A stretch of 64,000 nt of DNA from a virus. Location: positions 11,506-75,505 of IMG/VR virus record IMGVR_UViG_3300036791_001355; one strand, given 5' to 3'. The stretch's first letter is position 1. Each line of letters opens with the position of its first letter. Shown one piece after another: positions 1 to 9,571 of this stretch. The notes under the pieces were generated by a model, which was not told the origin of the DNA, ran no database searches, and was given only the letters and a program-made list of their open reading frames with translations. The position numbers and the translations under genes are program-made.

Positions 1-60
1 GCCGGCGCGGCGGACGAACTCCAGCAGGCTCTCGGTCCAGGCTGGATTGGCGCGCATGCC

Positions 61-309
61 TTAGTGGACCTGCACCACGCGCCACGCCATGCCATTCTTC
101 TTGAGGATGTTGTCCAGCATCCTCATGGCCTCATCGGGCTGTGTCTCCACCAGCGTACCCATCAGCGTGATGCCAATAGCGAAGCACGCCCGGTTGACGG
201 TGTGCTCGCCCTCGCAGCGCGTTTCGACATAGGTCCGCGTGGCGTCGGCGCAGTAGGTGATCATCCGCTCCATTTGCTCGCTCGCCTCGGCAAACTCGTC
301 CGGGGTCAT
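61..309 (-). CDS. hypothetical protein (82 aa)
   Basis: ATG preceded by GGGAGG; another ORF appears to start just after it and run off the window edge. Confidence 0.6.
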   Translation of the reverse strand: MTPDEFAEASEQMERMITYCADATRTYVETRCEGEHTVNRACFAIGITLMGTLVETQPDEAMRMLDNILKKNGMAWRVVQVH

Positions 310-671
310 GGCCAGCCTCCCATCAGCGTCCTTGGCCCGCTACGCCCGGTGCACGGCAGCTGCCATGCCTGCCGACACGGGGGACACAGGGCTATGTGTG
401 TCGCCGCGAACGCTGATGGAAGCTCGTACGGAATGCCAGTGCCTGCCATCCAGTGCCAATGGGGTGTTACGCTCCTATGAACTAGGTGCTAGGTGGGTGG
501 GCGTATCGCGCGTAACACAGCTGCCATCCAGTACCAGTGCGCCACCATGCGCCGGCATACCGCCAAAAATAATCTTGACTTCGGAAAAGTCACACTCGTA
601 GCGTCGTTTCGTCCGACACACTGTGTGCGAGACGTTTGCCGAAACTGTTCGGCAAAAAAGGATACGACGCG

Positions 672-1691
672 ATGGCAAAAACAAATCGCAGCCCGCAAGC
701 GACAATACCGCTGATTTCGCAGGGCGAACAGATGGTCGCGGCCATCCAGAATACCGCGAAAACCGCCACCCCCGAAGATCATGCTTTGCTTGCTGACTTG
801 CAGGCAAAATCCCGCAATCATGGCACTGCAGACACTTACGGGATGGAATTGGTTACTGCCACTCCCGGCTTTTGCGCATTGCTATTTCTCGATCAGGACC
901 ACAACCGCCCCTGGGACCCCAACTGGTCCAACGAAATCGGCCACCTGATGCGCAATGGAAAGTGGAAGCCAAACACCGATTCCTACGCGCTCTACGGCGA
1001 TGACGGAAAGCTCGGCAACGGCCAACATCGCACTGCTGCCCAGGCAGTTACCGGCTTCACATTCAAGGTTCCGTTCTTCCTGGGATTAAAGAAAGCCGAC
1101 ATCGGCGCAATCGACTGCGGCAAGCCGCGCACCGGAGTTGATCTCGCTGCCCTGTCCGGTATCAGCCGGGCCAAAGAAAAGGCAGGTATCCTCGCGGGCG
1201 TCTGGGGATGCCTTCAGGCTGCTGGGGAACTGGTCCGGCAGTATCGCTCACCGGACGATATCGCCATCGAAATCCAGCAGCACGACAAGATGCTCGCGCG
1301 CTCGTTGGAGATTGGTTACGTCTCTGTTGAGCATGCCACGACTCCGGTCCTGCCTCCCACGTTAGCGGCAAAACTGGCTGGGCTGCTCCTCTTCAAAGGC
1401 TGGCCGGAACGCCGCATGATCGACCGGCTGGACGAACTCCAGTGCGCTGATTTTGCTTCTGACAAAGCCCCGCTCGCAGTGGCCCGGCAGTACATCGCCT
1501 CGAACCGCAAGCCGGACGACACGCTCACGCCGCAGAAAGAACTGGCGGTGGCAGTGAAGGGATTCGTGCTCGCTGAGCAGGGTGCCGTCACCGCCAAGAA
1601 GGCCGAGCTGACCGTGGCCCGCCAGAGATTCCCGGACGCCTCCTATCCTGGCGTGGTACCGGCCGCTCCGACTGTCCAAGCCGCAGACTGA
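672..1691 (+). CDS. ParB/DGQHR-like N-terminal domain protein
   Basis: NRPW...WKPN...LGNGQHRTAA resembles the ParB-like LxDGQHRLxA motif; ATG at 672 follows AAAAGGA. Confidence 0.6.
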   Translation: MAKTNRSPQATIPLISQGEQMVAAIQNTAKTATPEDHALLADLQAKSRNHGTADTYGMELVTATPGFCALLFLDQDHNRPWDPNWSNEIGHLMRNGKWKPNTDSYALYGDDGKLGNGQHRTAAQAVTGFTFKVPFFLGLKKADIGAIDCGKPRTGVDLAALSGISRAKEKAGILAGVWGCLQAAGELVRQYRSPDDIAIEIQQHDKMLARSLEIGYVSVEHATTPVLPPTLAAKLAGLLLFKGWPERRMIDRLDELQCADFASDKAPLAVARQYIASNRKPDDTLTPQKELAVAVKGFVLAEQGAVTAKKAELTVARQRFPDASYPGVVPAAPTVQAAD

Positions 1692-1767
1692 TCCCGTTCG
1701 TGGATATGGGCCGTCCATGTCGCATTGATGGCGGCCCGGTCTGTGTCTTCGCGATGCGGGGGGGATC

Positions 1768-2673
1768 ATGCTCAACGTGGTAACGGAAGACGCGCGCTCC
1801 GAGGAAATCTCGTGGCGTTTGCTGCAATACGAACTGGCCGAGATCGAGCGAAACTATAGCGAGGCCCTGGAGCACTGGGTTCGGGTCGGTCACTACCTGC
1901 TGGATTTGCAAAGCAAGTATCCGCCGCACGGCGGCCAGTTCGGCCAAGCCTGCGCTCGACACGAGATAACCCTGACCGTCCAGCAACGGTCAGCGATGTG
2001 GTGGACGACGCTGGAAGACGATCAGCGGGCCACGCTGCGGGAGGAATCACCGGAGGCGCTGGAACCGGAGAGTCTGCAAAAGGCTTGCCGTAAATACCAT
2101 CCGGCATGGGCGAAGCGCAGCGAATCCTCAGTCTTCGGACGGTCCGAAGACTCAAAAACCAAACGCAAACGAGGGAAGAAGCCGATTCTCAAAGTCGCGG
2201 GAACCGAAGCCGATGAGGCAGAGCCGAAGCCCGAGAAACTGCCGCCGCGCCCCAAACCAACCGCACGCACGCCGAGTCAGTTGCGAGCGCAGCAATACAA
2301 AACCACGCCGCCGCAGCCACTACAACCGAAAGAGCAGTCTATCATCTGGTATGGCGTCCAGCTCTGGCCACCGGACCCGGCCAATGCACTGATGCACGGG
2401 GTCTACGACTATCGCCAGTGGTTTTGCGCCATCCGCGATTTCCGCAGCGTCACTGACCTGTTCGCCGACCGCTCCCCCCACAGCATCGCGCAAAACATGC
2501 GAACGCGGTGCAAGAAGTTCAAACTGATGTTCGCCGACGGATACTCTACCGACAAAGCCGAGGCACTGCGCGATTTGGTCGGCTGTCTCGACACCCTGAC
2601 AACGCTGATGGCAGTTAATCCCGAAGGCGAATGCCAAATTCCGGCTGACATCGTCCTGTTCAAGGGAACCTGA
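1768..2673 (+). CDS. DUF3102-like domain protein, probably DNA-binding
   Basis: N-terminal WVRVGHYLLDLQSKYPPHGGQFGQAC resembles the DUF3102 IGxxL...HGxFxxW pattern; basic/Pro linker. Confidence 0.5.
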   Translation: MLNVVTEDARSEEISWRLLQYELAEIERNYSEALEHWVRVGHYLLDLQSKYPPHGGQFGQACARHEITLTVQQRSAMWWTTLEDDQRATLREESPEALEPESLQKACRKYHPAWAKRSESSVFGRSEDSKTKRKRGKKPILKVAGTEADEAEPKPEKLPPRPKPTARTPSQLRAQQYKTTPPQPLQPKEQSIIWYGVQLWPPDPANALMHGVYDYRQWFCAIRDFRSVTDLFADRSPHSIAQNMRTRCKKFKLMFADGYSTDKAEALRDLVGCLDTLTTLMAVNPEGECQIPADIVLFKGT

Positions 2674-2696
2674 CGGCCAGCCAGCAGGAGAAGCCG

Positions 2697-3002
2697 ATGG
2701 ACACCCGCAACCGGATCACCATTCACGACGTGGCCGCTGACCTGGGCCTCGAACTGAGCCACGCCCAGGCATGGCGCATCGGCGATGCCGTCAAGCGCAT
2801 CCACCGCTGGGATACCGGCGAGCTGCCGGTCAAGGACAACCGCACCAAGAAGGCCGGCACCGGCAGCCACTGCTTCGCGCTCTATCCCGACACCGCCGAA
2901 TGGCGCGAGCGCATCGCCCGCCAGATCCGCACCGTCAGGGCCGAGGAGCCAACCACGCAGACCGACCTGTTTGCTACTCCCCCATCCCCGTCTTCTGCTT
3001 GA
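2697..3002 (+). CDS. hypothetical protein (101 aa)
   Basis: AGGAG RBS; 3' end overlaps the portal stop convergently. Confidence 0.6.
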   Translation: MDTRNRITIHDVAADLGLELSHAQAWRIGDAVKRIHRWDTGELPVKDNRTKKAGTGSHCFALYPDTAEWRERIARQIRTVRAEEPTTQTDLFATPPSPSSA

Positions 3003-4551
3003 ACGGCATCACCTTGGGCTGCTTCTGACCACCGCCGCCGGGAGGCCCACCACCACCGCCAGGAGGGCCGCCAGGGCCGCCACCCGCACCACCCGGCCCA
3101 CCACCACCGCCCATGCCCATGCCGCCCTGCATGGCCTGCTCCTGCTGCTCCTGCTGCTTGGCGCCAAACTCCGCCAAGGCCTCGGTGTCGAGCACCAGCG
3201 GCACGCCGAACAGCAACTCGGTGTCGGCGATGTTGTCGCAGGCCCAGTCCAGCACGCGCGCCTTGTTCTCCGGGTCCATGTTGGGCAGGAACGTCTCCAC
3301 CACGCCGATGATGGCCCGCAGCTTGACGTCGTCGGTCTTGACCCGCTCGCTCTCGGGCTCGATCAAGAGACTGGGCCACGAGGCGATGAAATCATTCTGC
3401 CACCGGCTCATGGCCGCCTCGTACGTCATCTTGCCGTACTGGTCCGGGTAGGTCTGCTGCATGCGCTGGAAGAACTCCCGGTTCCACGCCCGGTGCTGCA
3501 CGATGCGGTCGAGGAACTCGTAGGTCGGGTGCATCTCCTCGCGGAAGCGCTCGATATACCGCGCGATGTTCTTGGCATCCTCCGAGCCCTCGCCGAAGCC
3601 GGACACCAAAGTCTCGTTCTCCAGCAGCACCGCCGGCATGTCCGCCGCCGTGGCGAGGTTCTTGAGGATGTTGGTGCGCGCGAACGTCCCCGCCCCGTCG
3701 ATGTTCTGCATGTTCAGCGTCTCGATGTTTTCCTCCACGTCGATGCTGAGCACGTTGTCGGTCTGCGCCTGCTTCAAGAGCGAGCGCTTCATGCTGGCGA
3801 TGCCCACCATGACGCGGTCAATGATGCTGCCGGGGCTCTTCATCTTGGCGATCAGCACGCCCGCCTTGCGGGTGATCATGTCGTCGGTGCGCATCGATTG
3901 GATGAAGCTCTTGAGCGGGAACAGCGAGCGCTGATACACGCTCCGCCCGACATAGCCGAAGGCCGACGAGGTGAAAGCGATGTAGACCGGCTCCTCGTTC
4001 ATGATCACGCACACCCGCGAGCGGTGATAGGTCTGCCCCTGGGTGGTGATCACCGTGGTCTTCTGGAACTCGGGCGAGTTGGGATCTTGGCTGAGAATCA
4101 GCGACCCCGCCGTATTGAGCGGATCGAGCACGTTGAAATAGAGTTCTTCGTCGGCATAGCGCTCGGGCGGGATCACCTCGGTGGAGGGGATGCCCACGGC
4201 GCCGACGACGATGCTGGCGATGCCGTAGGCGCGAGCGAGACGGTGGCCGCTGTGGATGATGCGGTCGGCGTGAATCGCCCCCCACTGGCGCTCGAAGGCT
4301 TCGTGGACGTCGGGCGGCGCGCCCGCCACCTCGATCTTGCGTTTCTGCGACTGCGCCAGGGTGATCGGCGCCTCCACCATCTTCGCCCCCAGCGGGTGGT
4401 AGAGCAGGATGGTCTTGCACAGTTGGTAGCTGGGATCGGAGCCGGGCACGATGTCGTCGGCGGTGAGCATCTCTAAGAGCGCCGAACCCATGCTGGAGGT
4501 GCTGAGCGTGAGCATGGCGCCGGTCGGCTCGGGGCCTGAACTGCCTGACAT
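2974..4551 (-). CDS. portal protein (DUF1073 family)
   Basis: 525 aa; YHRSR, FGYVGRSVYQR, ATAADMPAVLL...GFGEG motifs; downstream of TerL; Gln/Gly/Pro-rich C-tail. Confidence 0.85.
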   Translation of the reverse strand: MSGSSGPEPTGAMLTLSTSSMGSALLEMLTADDIVPGSDPSYQLCKTILLYHPLGAKMVEAPITLAQSQKRKIEVAGAPPDVHEAFERQWGAIHADRIIHSGHRLARAYGIASIVVGAVGIPSTEVIPPERYADEELYFNVLDPLNTAGSLILSQDPNSPEFQKTTVITTQGQTYHRSRVCVIMNEEPVYIAFTSSAFGYVGRSVYQRSLFPLKSFIQSMRTDDMITRKAGVLIAKMKSPGSIIDRVMVGIASMKRSLLKQAQTDNVLSIDVEENIETLNMQNIDGAGTFARTNILKNLATAADMPAVLLENETLVSGFGEGSEDAKNIARYIERFREEMHPTYEFLDRIVQHRAWNREFFQRMQQTYPDQYGKMTYEAAMSRWQNDFIASWPSLLIEPESERVKTDDVKLRAIIGVVETFLPNMDPENKARVLDWACDNIADTELLFGVPLVLDTEALAEFGAKQQEQQEQAMQGGMGMGGGGGPGGAGGGPGGPPGGGGGPPGGGGQKQPKVMPFKQKTGMGE

Positions 4552-4708
4552 TCAGCACTCCTCGGAAGCCTTCGAGCGACCCTTTGAAAAAGCTCCGCGC
4601 GTCCTACGCCTTTGCACGGGGACGGGAGAGGGCGCGCGGAGAGGTGCATGGAAGAGGAACCCTGCACAGATGACCGCCTGCGCACACGCGGATGCGCGCC
4701 AGGAGTCC

Positions 4709-4729
4709 GGTCACGCAAGTTGCGTGACC
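4709..4729. promoter_or_regulatory. perfect palindrome GGTCACGCAA-G-TTGCGTGACC upstream of the portal gene
   Basis: 10-bp arms with a 1-nt centre, in the intergenic gap. Confidence 0.5.
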
Positions 4730-4745
4730 CGTGGCGCGAATTGGG

Positions 4746-5951
4746 TTAGCGACCGGGCGGCAGTCCCACCACGGTGCCGTTGCCATCGACGACGGGCGTC
4801 TGGCCGTGCCACTCGCAGTCAGGGCCGAAGGTCAGCACGCCGCCCTGTAGTTGAATGAACGTATCATTACAGTCGAGCTGCATGACGGTGCCGGTAACCA
4901 CGTTGTTGTCGAGCAAGCCCTTGTCCTGATATTCCAGCCCGTAACTGATGACGCGGCGATTGGGCGAGTTCGCCGGCTTGGCCAGGGTCGCGTTCCTGAC
5001 CTCCAAGAGGCCGCCGTTGCAGCAGTCGATCAGGGAAGCTGTCGAGTTCCGCATGGTGCCGCCATCGACATAAGCGTGCCACGCCCGCGACTTGAGCGAG
5101 TAGCCCTCGGTCGGATCGACGCTGTCGGTGTTCTTCAGTCGTACTGCGTAACCATCACCGACATAGATGTTGTGGGTGTAGCCATCGCCAAGACCGTTAT
5201 GCTCTAGCAAGCAATTCACGATGGTGATGTCCCACATCGGCCCGTTATCGGCGGCGACGCCGTTCTGATTGTTGCTGAAGTGACAACCCTCGACGGTGCC
5301 GTAGCCGGCGGCATCGCAACGTACCGCCGCCACCAGCGTATGGCTCTGCTCGCGAATGCCGGCGCCGCTGATGGTAAAGCCCTTGATGTGCCATGCCGGG
5401 GTCGAGGCGACAATCGCCGCCTTGCCCTGATAAACCAGTTCACTAACCGGAACATCACTGAAATCCCAACGAACGCCGGTGCCATCGAGCAGCAAGTTCT
5501 TGTAGATCACGAACGATTCGCGCGGGGTCGCGGGCGGCACGACGACAGTGTCGCCGTCCACCGCCGCGTCAATCGCCTGTCCCACCGTGGTGTAGGGCTG
5601 CCCCACCGTCAGCGTGCGCCCCGAACTGCCGGGTGCCACCGCAGGCAGCGACGGGGCCGGCGGCGCGCCGGGGTTGGCACCCGATGATGGCGGCTCGACC
5701 GGCGGTTGCTCCACGGGCGGCTGCTCAATGGGGGGCTGTTCGCCCCCGCCGATGTCGAGCGGAGCGCTGAAACTGGCCACCACGCCGTTGTCAAACGTGA
5801 CCGTGCCCGCCAGGGTCGGCACCTGTGCCGCCGCGCCCTGGGCCACTTCCTTGATGGTGGTATCAAATAACCCCGTCACGCCATCCGTCAGCGTCAACGT
5901 GCCAGAGAGTCGCGCCGTGGTAGTCGCCAGCGGTTTGGGTGGCTTGGCCAT
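4746..5951 (-). CDS. right-handed beta-helix (pectin-lyase-like) protein with Pro-rich linker
   Basis: TVGQAIDAAVDGDTVVV, NNQNG, NGLGDGYTHNIYVG, LKSRA; start chosen at ATG 5951 after CAGGAG. Confidence 0.7.
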   Translation of the reverse strand: MAKPPKPLATTTARLSGTLTLTDGVTGLFDTTIKEVAQGAAAQVPTLAGTVTFDNGVVASFSAPLDIGGGEQPPIEQPPVEQPPVEPPSSGANPGAPPAPSLPAVAPGSSGRTLTVGQPYTTVGQAIDAAVDGDTVVVPPATPRESFVIYKNLLLDGTGVRWDFSDVPVSELVYQGKAAIVASTPAWHIKGFTISGAGIREQSHTLVAAVRCDAAGYGTVEGCHFSNNQNGVAADNGPMWDITIVNCLLEHNGLGDGYTHNIYVGDGYAVRLKNTDSVDPTEGYSLKSRAWHAYVDGGTMRNSTASLIDCCNGGLLEVRNATLAKPANSPNRRVISYGLEYQDKGLLDNNVVTGTVMQLDCNDTFIQLQGGVLTFGPDCEWHGQTPVVDGNGTVVGLPPGR

Positions 5952-6058
5952 CGCTTTCTCCTGTGGGTTTGGTTCCACCATCCGAGGCACGGCATGATGG
6001 CCAGGGGTCACCCCCTTCGTGGCTGACCGATGCCGCCGCTTACCCATGGGAGAACGCC

Positions 6059-6343
6059 ATGATCACCCTCACCGTTGCGGGCGAGTTCACCCCCCTGGAG
6101 CTAGCCGCATTCCTCTGCCTGATCCAGGGTCTGGACCGCGCCCGCAGAGAAGACAAGCACTGGAGCGTGAATGTTGACGACGCCGACGGCGCCACGGTAC
6201 GCGAGGCCGAGGCGCTGCTGCGTCAGACCCCGCCGCCCGCCGTCGATGCCCACGAAGCCATGGTGCGCATCACCGCTGCCGGCGAGGTCGCTCGAAACCT
6301 CGCTCCCGAGGTTCGCACCCACCCCAACAAAGGAGGACACTGA
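6059..6343 (+). CDS. hypothetical protein
   Basis: GGGAG RBS then MITLTVAGEF; C-terminus contains a copy of the 24-nt element. Confidence 0.55.
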   Translation: MITLTVAGEFTPLELAAFLCLIQGLDRARREDKHWSVNVDDADGATVREAEALLRQTPPPAVDAHEAMVRITAAGEVARNLAPEVRTHPNKGGH

Positions 6344-6541
6344 ATGGCCCGCCTGCTGGCCTGGATCAGCATCGACGGCAACAGCGCCCTGGCCTGCTAC
6401 CTCAGCGAGACCGCCCAGGAGCGCCAGCCCGCGACCCAGTGGTTCCCCACCGCCGCCGCCGCCAAAGCCTGGATTCAGCACGAGGCAGCGCGGCTCAAGG
6501 TCGGCATCGCTTGGCTGGATCGTCACACCCGGCGCGGTTGA
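6344..6541 (+). CDS. hypothetical protein (65 aa)
   Basis: AGGAGG RBS, abuts the previous stop. Confidence 0.6.
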   Translation: MARLLAWISIDGNSALACYLSETAQERQPATQWFPTAAAAKAWIQHEAARLKVGIAWLDRHTRRG

Positions 6542-6738
6542 TCGCCGTCTTCCTCCAGCAGGGTCAGGCTGACCCAGTGGCCCGAGGCAAAGGCCCGCCG
6601 CAGATAGTGCCCGTCATCGTAGAGCAGCAGCGCGCCGCCGCCGCAGCACTCCACCATATGCGCCTCGATCACCTCGTGGACGGTGCCCCTATTCTCCGTG
6701 GTGGCCCCCCAGTGCGGCAGTTCCACCCGGTAGCGCAT
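6523..6738 (-). CDS. hypothetical protein (71 aa)
   Basis: tightly packed with minus-strand neighbours. Confidence 0.5.
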   Translation of the reverse strand: MRYRVELPHWGATTENRGTVHEVIEAHMVECCGGGALLLYDDGHYLRRAFASGHWVSLTLLEEDGDQPRRV

Positions 6739-6740
6739 GG

Positions 6741-6983
6741 CTATGGCCGGTGCCGGTCGGGGAAAATGACGTAGACCATATCGCCCCAGAGCGCCCCCAT
6801 ATTTCCCCGCGAGGGCGTCCAGACCAGCCGCGATGGCGCGTCCGCCATCGCCTCGCTGAAGCTGTAGAAGATTACCGCCCCGCGCCCCCTGCCCCAGATG
6901 TGTCGGCCGTGCTTGTTGAGCGTCCGATAGTAAAGCGGGCCGTTCTCGCGCAGCCGAGTCAGCACGAAGCGCCCCGCATTCAT
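6741..6983 (-). CDS. hypothetical protein (80 aa)
   Basis: ATGA overlap with the upstream ORF. Confidence 0.5.
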   Translation of the reverse strand: MNAGRFVLTRLRENGPLYYRTLNKHGRHIWGRGRGAVIFYSFSEAMADAPSRLVWTPSRGNMGALWGDMVYVIFPDRHRP

Positions 6984-7303
6984 GGTGTCCCCAGCACGTA
7001 GGTCAGGAAGTCCCGCAGCAGCTTGATGTCTTCGCGATCCAGCTGCACCCCCATGGTGCAGTGATAGGCCTCTTCCGGGCCGCTGATTTCCATATGGCTG
7101 GCAATGAGCGACAGGGTGCAGCCGCCTTCTTCGATGTCGCAGCTGAGCGACATCTCCCGGTCGTCCACATCAAACAGCGTCGCGCTGTCCCAGTTGCCCT
7201 TGGCATCGGCTGCAGGAGCGCGCTTGCGCACGTCCGCATTGCCTGACAACGGACACAAAGTGACGTGGCTGGTCAGATAAGCCAGGAACTCCTTCCCTGC
7301 CAT
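6980..7303 (-). CDS. hypothetical protein (MAGKEFLAYL...)
   Basis: ATG directly after the tandem array; true start uncertain. Confidence 0.5.
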   Translation of the reverse strand: MAGKEFLAYLTSHVTLCPLSGNADVRKRAPAADAKGNWDSATLFDVDDREMSLSCDIEEGGCTLSLIASHMEISGPEEAYHCTMGVQLDREDIKLLRDFLTYVLGTP

Positions 7304-7304
7304 C

Positions 7305-7424
7305 AAGTCGCTCGCAGCCTCGCTCCTGAAGTCGCTCGCAGCCTCGCTCCTGAAGTCGCTCGCAGCCTCGCTCCTGAAGTCGCTCGCAGCCTCGCTCCTG
7401 AAGTCGCTCGCAGCCTCGCTCCTG
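7305..7424 (+). repeat. tandem array, 5 x 24 bp (AAGTCGCTCGCAGCCTCGCTCCTG)
   Basis: five identical units read directly, no spacers; fills the gap between the TerL stop and the next ATG. Confidence 0.95.
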
Positions 7425-7427
7425 AGA

Positions 7428-8765
7428 TCAGAAGCCTTTGTTGTCGCCCAGCGCCATGGCCACGCCATAGGTGAAGCAGTCGAGCAGGTCATCGGCGCCT
7501 GAGTCCACGCCCACCCGATAGCCCACCACCTGGGCCAGCAGATGGTTCCGCGTCGTCGCCTTGTAGGTGATCACCCGGTCATAGGCGGGCTGGCTGATTT
7601 TCACCTTGCCCTGGTGCACGTAGCCGCTGACGTTGATGGCCCGCCCGTCCTTGCCCACCTTGGTCAGGTCGCTCTCGATAGGGTGCGCCCGCCAGCCGCG
7701 CCGCCGCGCCTGCTGCAGCAGGATAGTGCCGCTGTTCTTGTCCTCGATCCACGCCCCCAGGGCGCCCATGCGCGCCCGGCACTGCTTGGCCAGTTCCTCC
7801 ATGCGCTGATAGATGCCCGGCAGCCACTGCTCCAGCAGGCTGCCCTCGATCTGCACAATGTCCCAGTCGAGGATGAGCAGCGGAATGCCGAAATGACGTG
7901 ACACGCCCCAGTAGATGACGGCGGTGCCGTCGTGCTCGCTGTGGTCCTTCACGGCGGTGTCGATGGTGACGAAGATGCCATCGCAGATGGCGGGGTAGGC
8001 GGGCGCCTTGTTGTCGACCAAGAGCGAGGTCTGGGCAAAGAAGGCCGCGCCCGACCAGTCGACGAACTTGGCCTCGTACTCCTGCTCGAACACCAGCGGG
8101 TGAGTGCGCGCGCGTAAGGCCTCGATCTCGTCCTGCGGCAAATAGGGGTTATTGGCCGAGGGCGCCCAGTACTCGACAAAGCCCCACTCCTCGGGCTCAT
8201 TGCACAGGCGCCAGAAGAAGTTCTCGCTATCCAGCCCGTTGGTGTTGGAGGCGGCCAGCGCGGTGCCTTTGTAATCCAGCAGGGTCGGCTCGATGCTCTT
8301 GCGCCAGACATCGGTCATGAACGGCTTGCAGAAGGCCGCCTCGTCGACGATCACCTTGTGGTAGCGGCGGCTTCTGCCGGCGCGCTCGTTATCCAAGCTC
8401 CAGAAGTCAATCCTGCCCCCGGTCGTGGTGCGAATCACCCCGTCCATGCGGTTGGAGCGCAAGATGACCGGGCCGAGGCGCTCGACCACATCGGTGTAGG
8501 CCTCGGAGAGGAATTTATACTCCGGGGCAAACCAGCCGACGTACTCGCCGCGTATGGCGGCATCGCAGGCGATGGTCTCGCACAGCAGCGTCTTGCCCCA
8601 GCGCCGGCCGCAGCGGATCGCCTTGTGCCGCCCGGGCATGCGATAGGCCTTGAGTTGGTCGGCATGGAGCGTGGGCAGTTCCACCTCGACCTCGCGGGCA
8701 CTGTCGGGGCCGCGCCTGGGCGGCAGGTGTACGCGCTGCTCACTCTGCGGGTGGGTCTGCTCCAT
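7428..8765 (-). CDS. terL: terminase large subunit
   Basis: Walker A CGRRWGKT, Walker B VIVDEAA, FEQEYEAKF, nuclease acidic motifs IDTA, IEDK, DDLLD. Confidence 0.93.
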   Translation of the reverse strand: MEQTHPQSEQRVHLPPRRGPDSAREVEVELPTLHADQLKAYRMPGRHKAIRCGRRWGKTLLCETIACDAAIRGEYVGWFAPEYKFLSEAYTDVVERLGPVILRSNRMDGVIRTTTGGRIDFWSLDNERAGRSRRYHKVIVDEAAFCKPFMTDVWRKSIEPTLLDYKGTALAASNTNGLDSENFFWRLCNEPEEWGFVEYWAPSANNPYLPQDEIEALRARTHPLVFEQEYEAKFVDWSGAAFFAQTSLLVDNKAPAYPAICDGIFVTIDTAVKDHSEHDGTAVIYWGVSRHFGIPLLILDWDIVQIEGSLLEQWLPGIYQRMEELAKQCRARMGALGAWIEDKNSGTILLQQARRRGWRAHPIESDLTKVGKDGRAINVSGYVHQGKVKISQPAYDRVITYKATTRNHLLAQVVGYRVGVDSGADDLLDCFTYGVAMALGDNKGF

Positions 8766-9297
8766 CCGGCTCCCTGTGGTCGCTCGAAGGCTCGCTCCCG
8801 TGGTCCTCGCCGTTGGGTTCCGGCTTGGCGTCGATCACCTGCGGCAGGCCGCCCCGGATCAGGATAGTGGTGCCGCCGCCGTTGGCGTAGGTCTCGTCAT
8901 CCCGTGGCGGGCGCCACTCCGGGCCACCCTTGCAGAAGAGCCAGTATTTCTGCGCCGCCACGTTGCCGCCGAGGGCGGAGCGCACGACAGCGGTGGAGAT
9001 GCGGGCCTTGACCTCATCGAAGGCGTTGGCGAGGTCGCGGTGATAGTGCCGTTCAAGGCTCTGCTCGGTGATGCCCATGACAAGAGCGATGATGCGGTTG
9101 GTATTGCCGTTGGCGCGGAGGACTTGAACGGCGCGACGCTGTTCGTCGGTAGGTTTGAACTTCTTGCGTCCAGCGTTTTTACGAGCCCCGCCTGAATTAG
9201 CTCGTGGGCCACCGCGTCTCGATTTGGGTTTGGCAGGCGGGACGGGCTCGAACTCTGGCAGTACGGGTTGAATAGGCTCGTCGTCGCCGTCGGCCAT
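8740..9297 (-). CDS. terS: terminase small subunit
   Basis: RGGPRANSGGARKNAGRK then an HTH-like segment, GNVAAQKYWL; directly upstream of TerL. Confidence 0.8.
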   Translation of the reverse strand: MADGDDEPIQPVLPEFEPVPPAKPKSRRGGPRANSGGARKNAGRKKFKPTDEQRRAVQVLRANGNTNRIIALVMGITEQSLERHYHRDLANAFDEVKARISTAVVRSALGGNVAAQKYWLFCKGGPEWRPPRDDETYANGGGTTILIRGGLPQVIDAKPEPNGEDHGSEPSSDHREPDGADPPAE

Positions 9298-9382
9298 GGT
9301 GATTTGCCTTCAATAGCCACCGTATTTCACCAGTTATGAATGCCGCTCACCCCCGTAATCAGCAAGTTTCAGCAAGCGGTTT

Positions 9383-9571
9383 TTAGCGCGGCCAATGGGT
9401 GAGGAGCCAGATGATGGCAGCGCCGAGGGCGAGGGTGGCGGCGGAGAGGCCGAGCATGGCGCCGGTCATGGTGCCGTTTCCCTGGTCGAAATAGGTCATG
9501 ACGAAGAGCAGCAGGATGATGAGCAGGATGATGGCCAGGGAGCCCCATCCTGCGGCATCCAGGCCGCTCAG
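9383..9571 (-). CDS. small two-TM membrane protein (absent from ORF track; start uncertain)
   Basis: hand translation ...WGSLAIILLIILLLFVMTYFDQGNGTMTGAMLGLSAATLALGAAIIWLLTHWPR*; a CTG overlaps the MTase stop. Confidence 0.45.
   Translation of the reverse strand: MSGLDAAGWGSLAIILLIILLLFVMTYFDQGNGTMTGAMLGLSAATLALGAAIIWLLTHWPR

Noticed and set aside
2974-4551. Anti-CBASS Acb1 label sometimes attached to DUF1073 proteins
   Set aside because: Size, motifs and position fit a portal; no paired HxT phosphoesterase motifs were noticed.
7305-7424. CRISPR array (also considered for 60497-60622)
   Set aside because: Units are head-to-tail with no spacers, and no cas genes are present.
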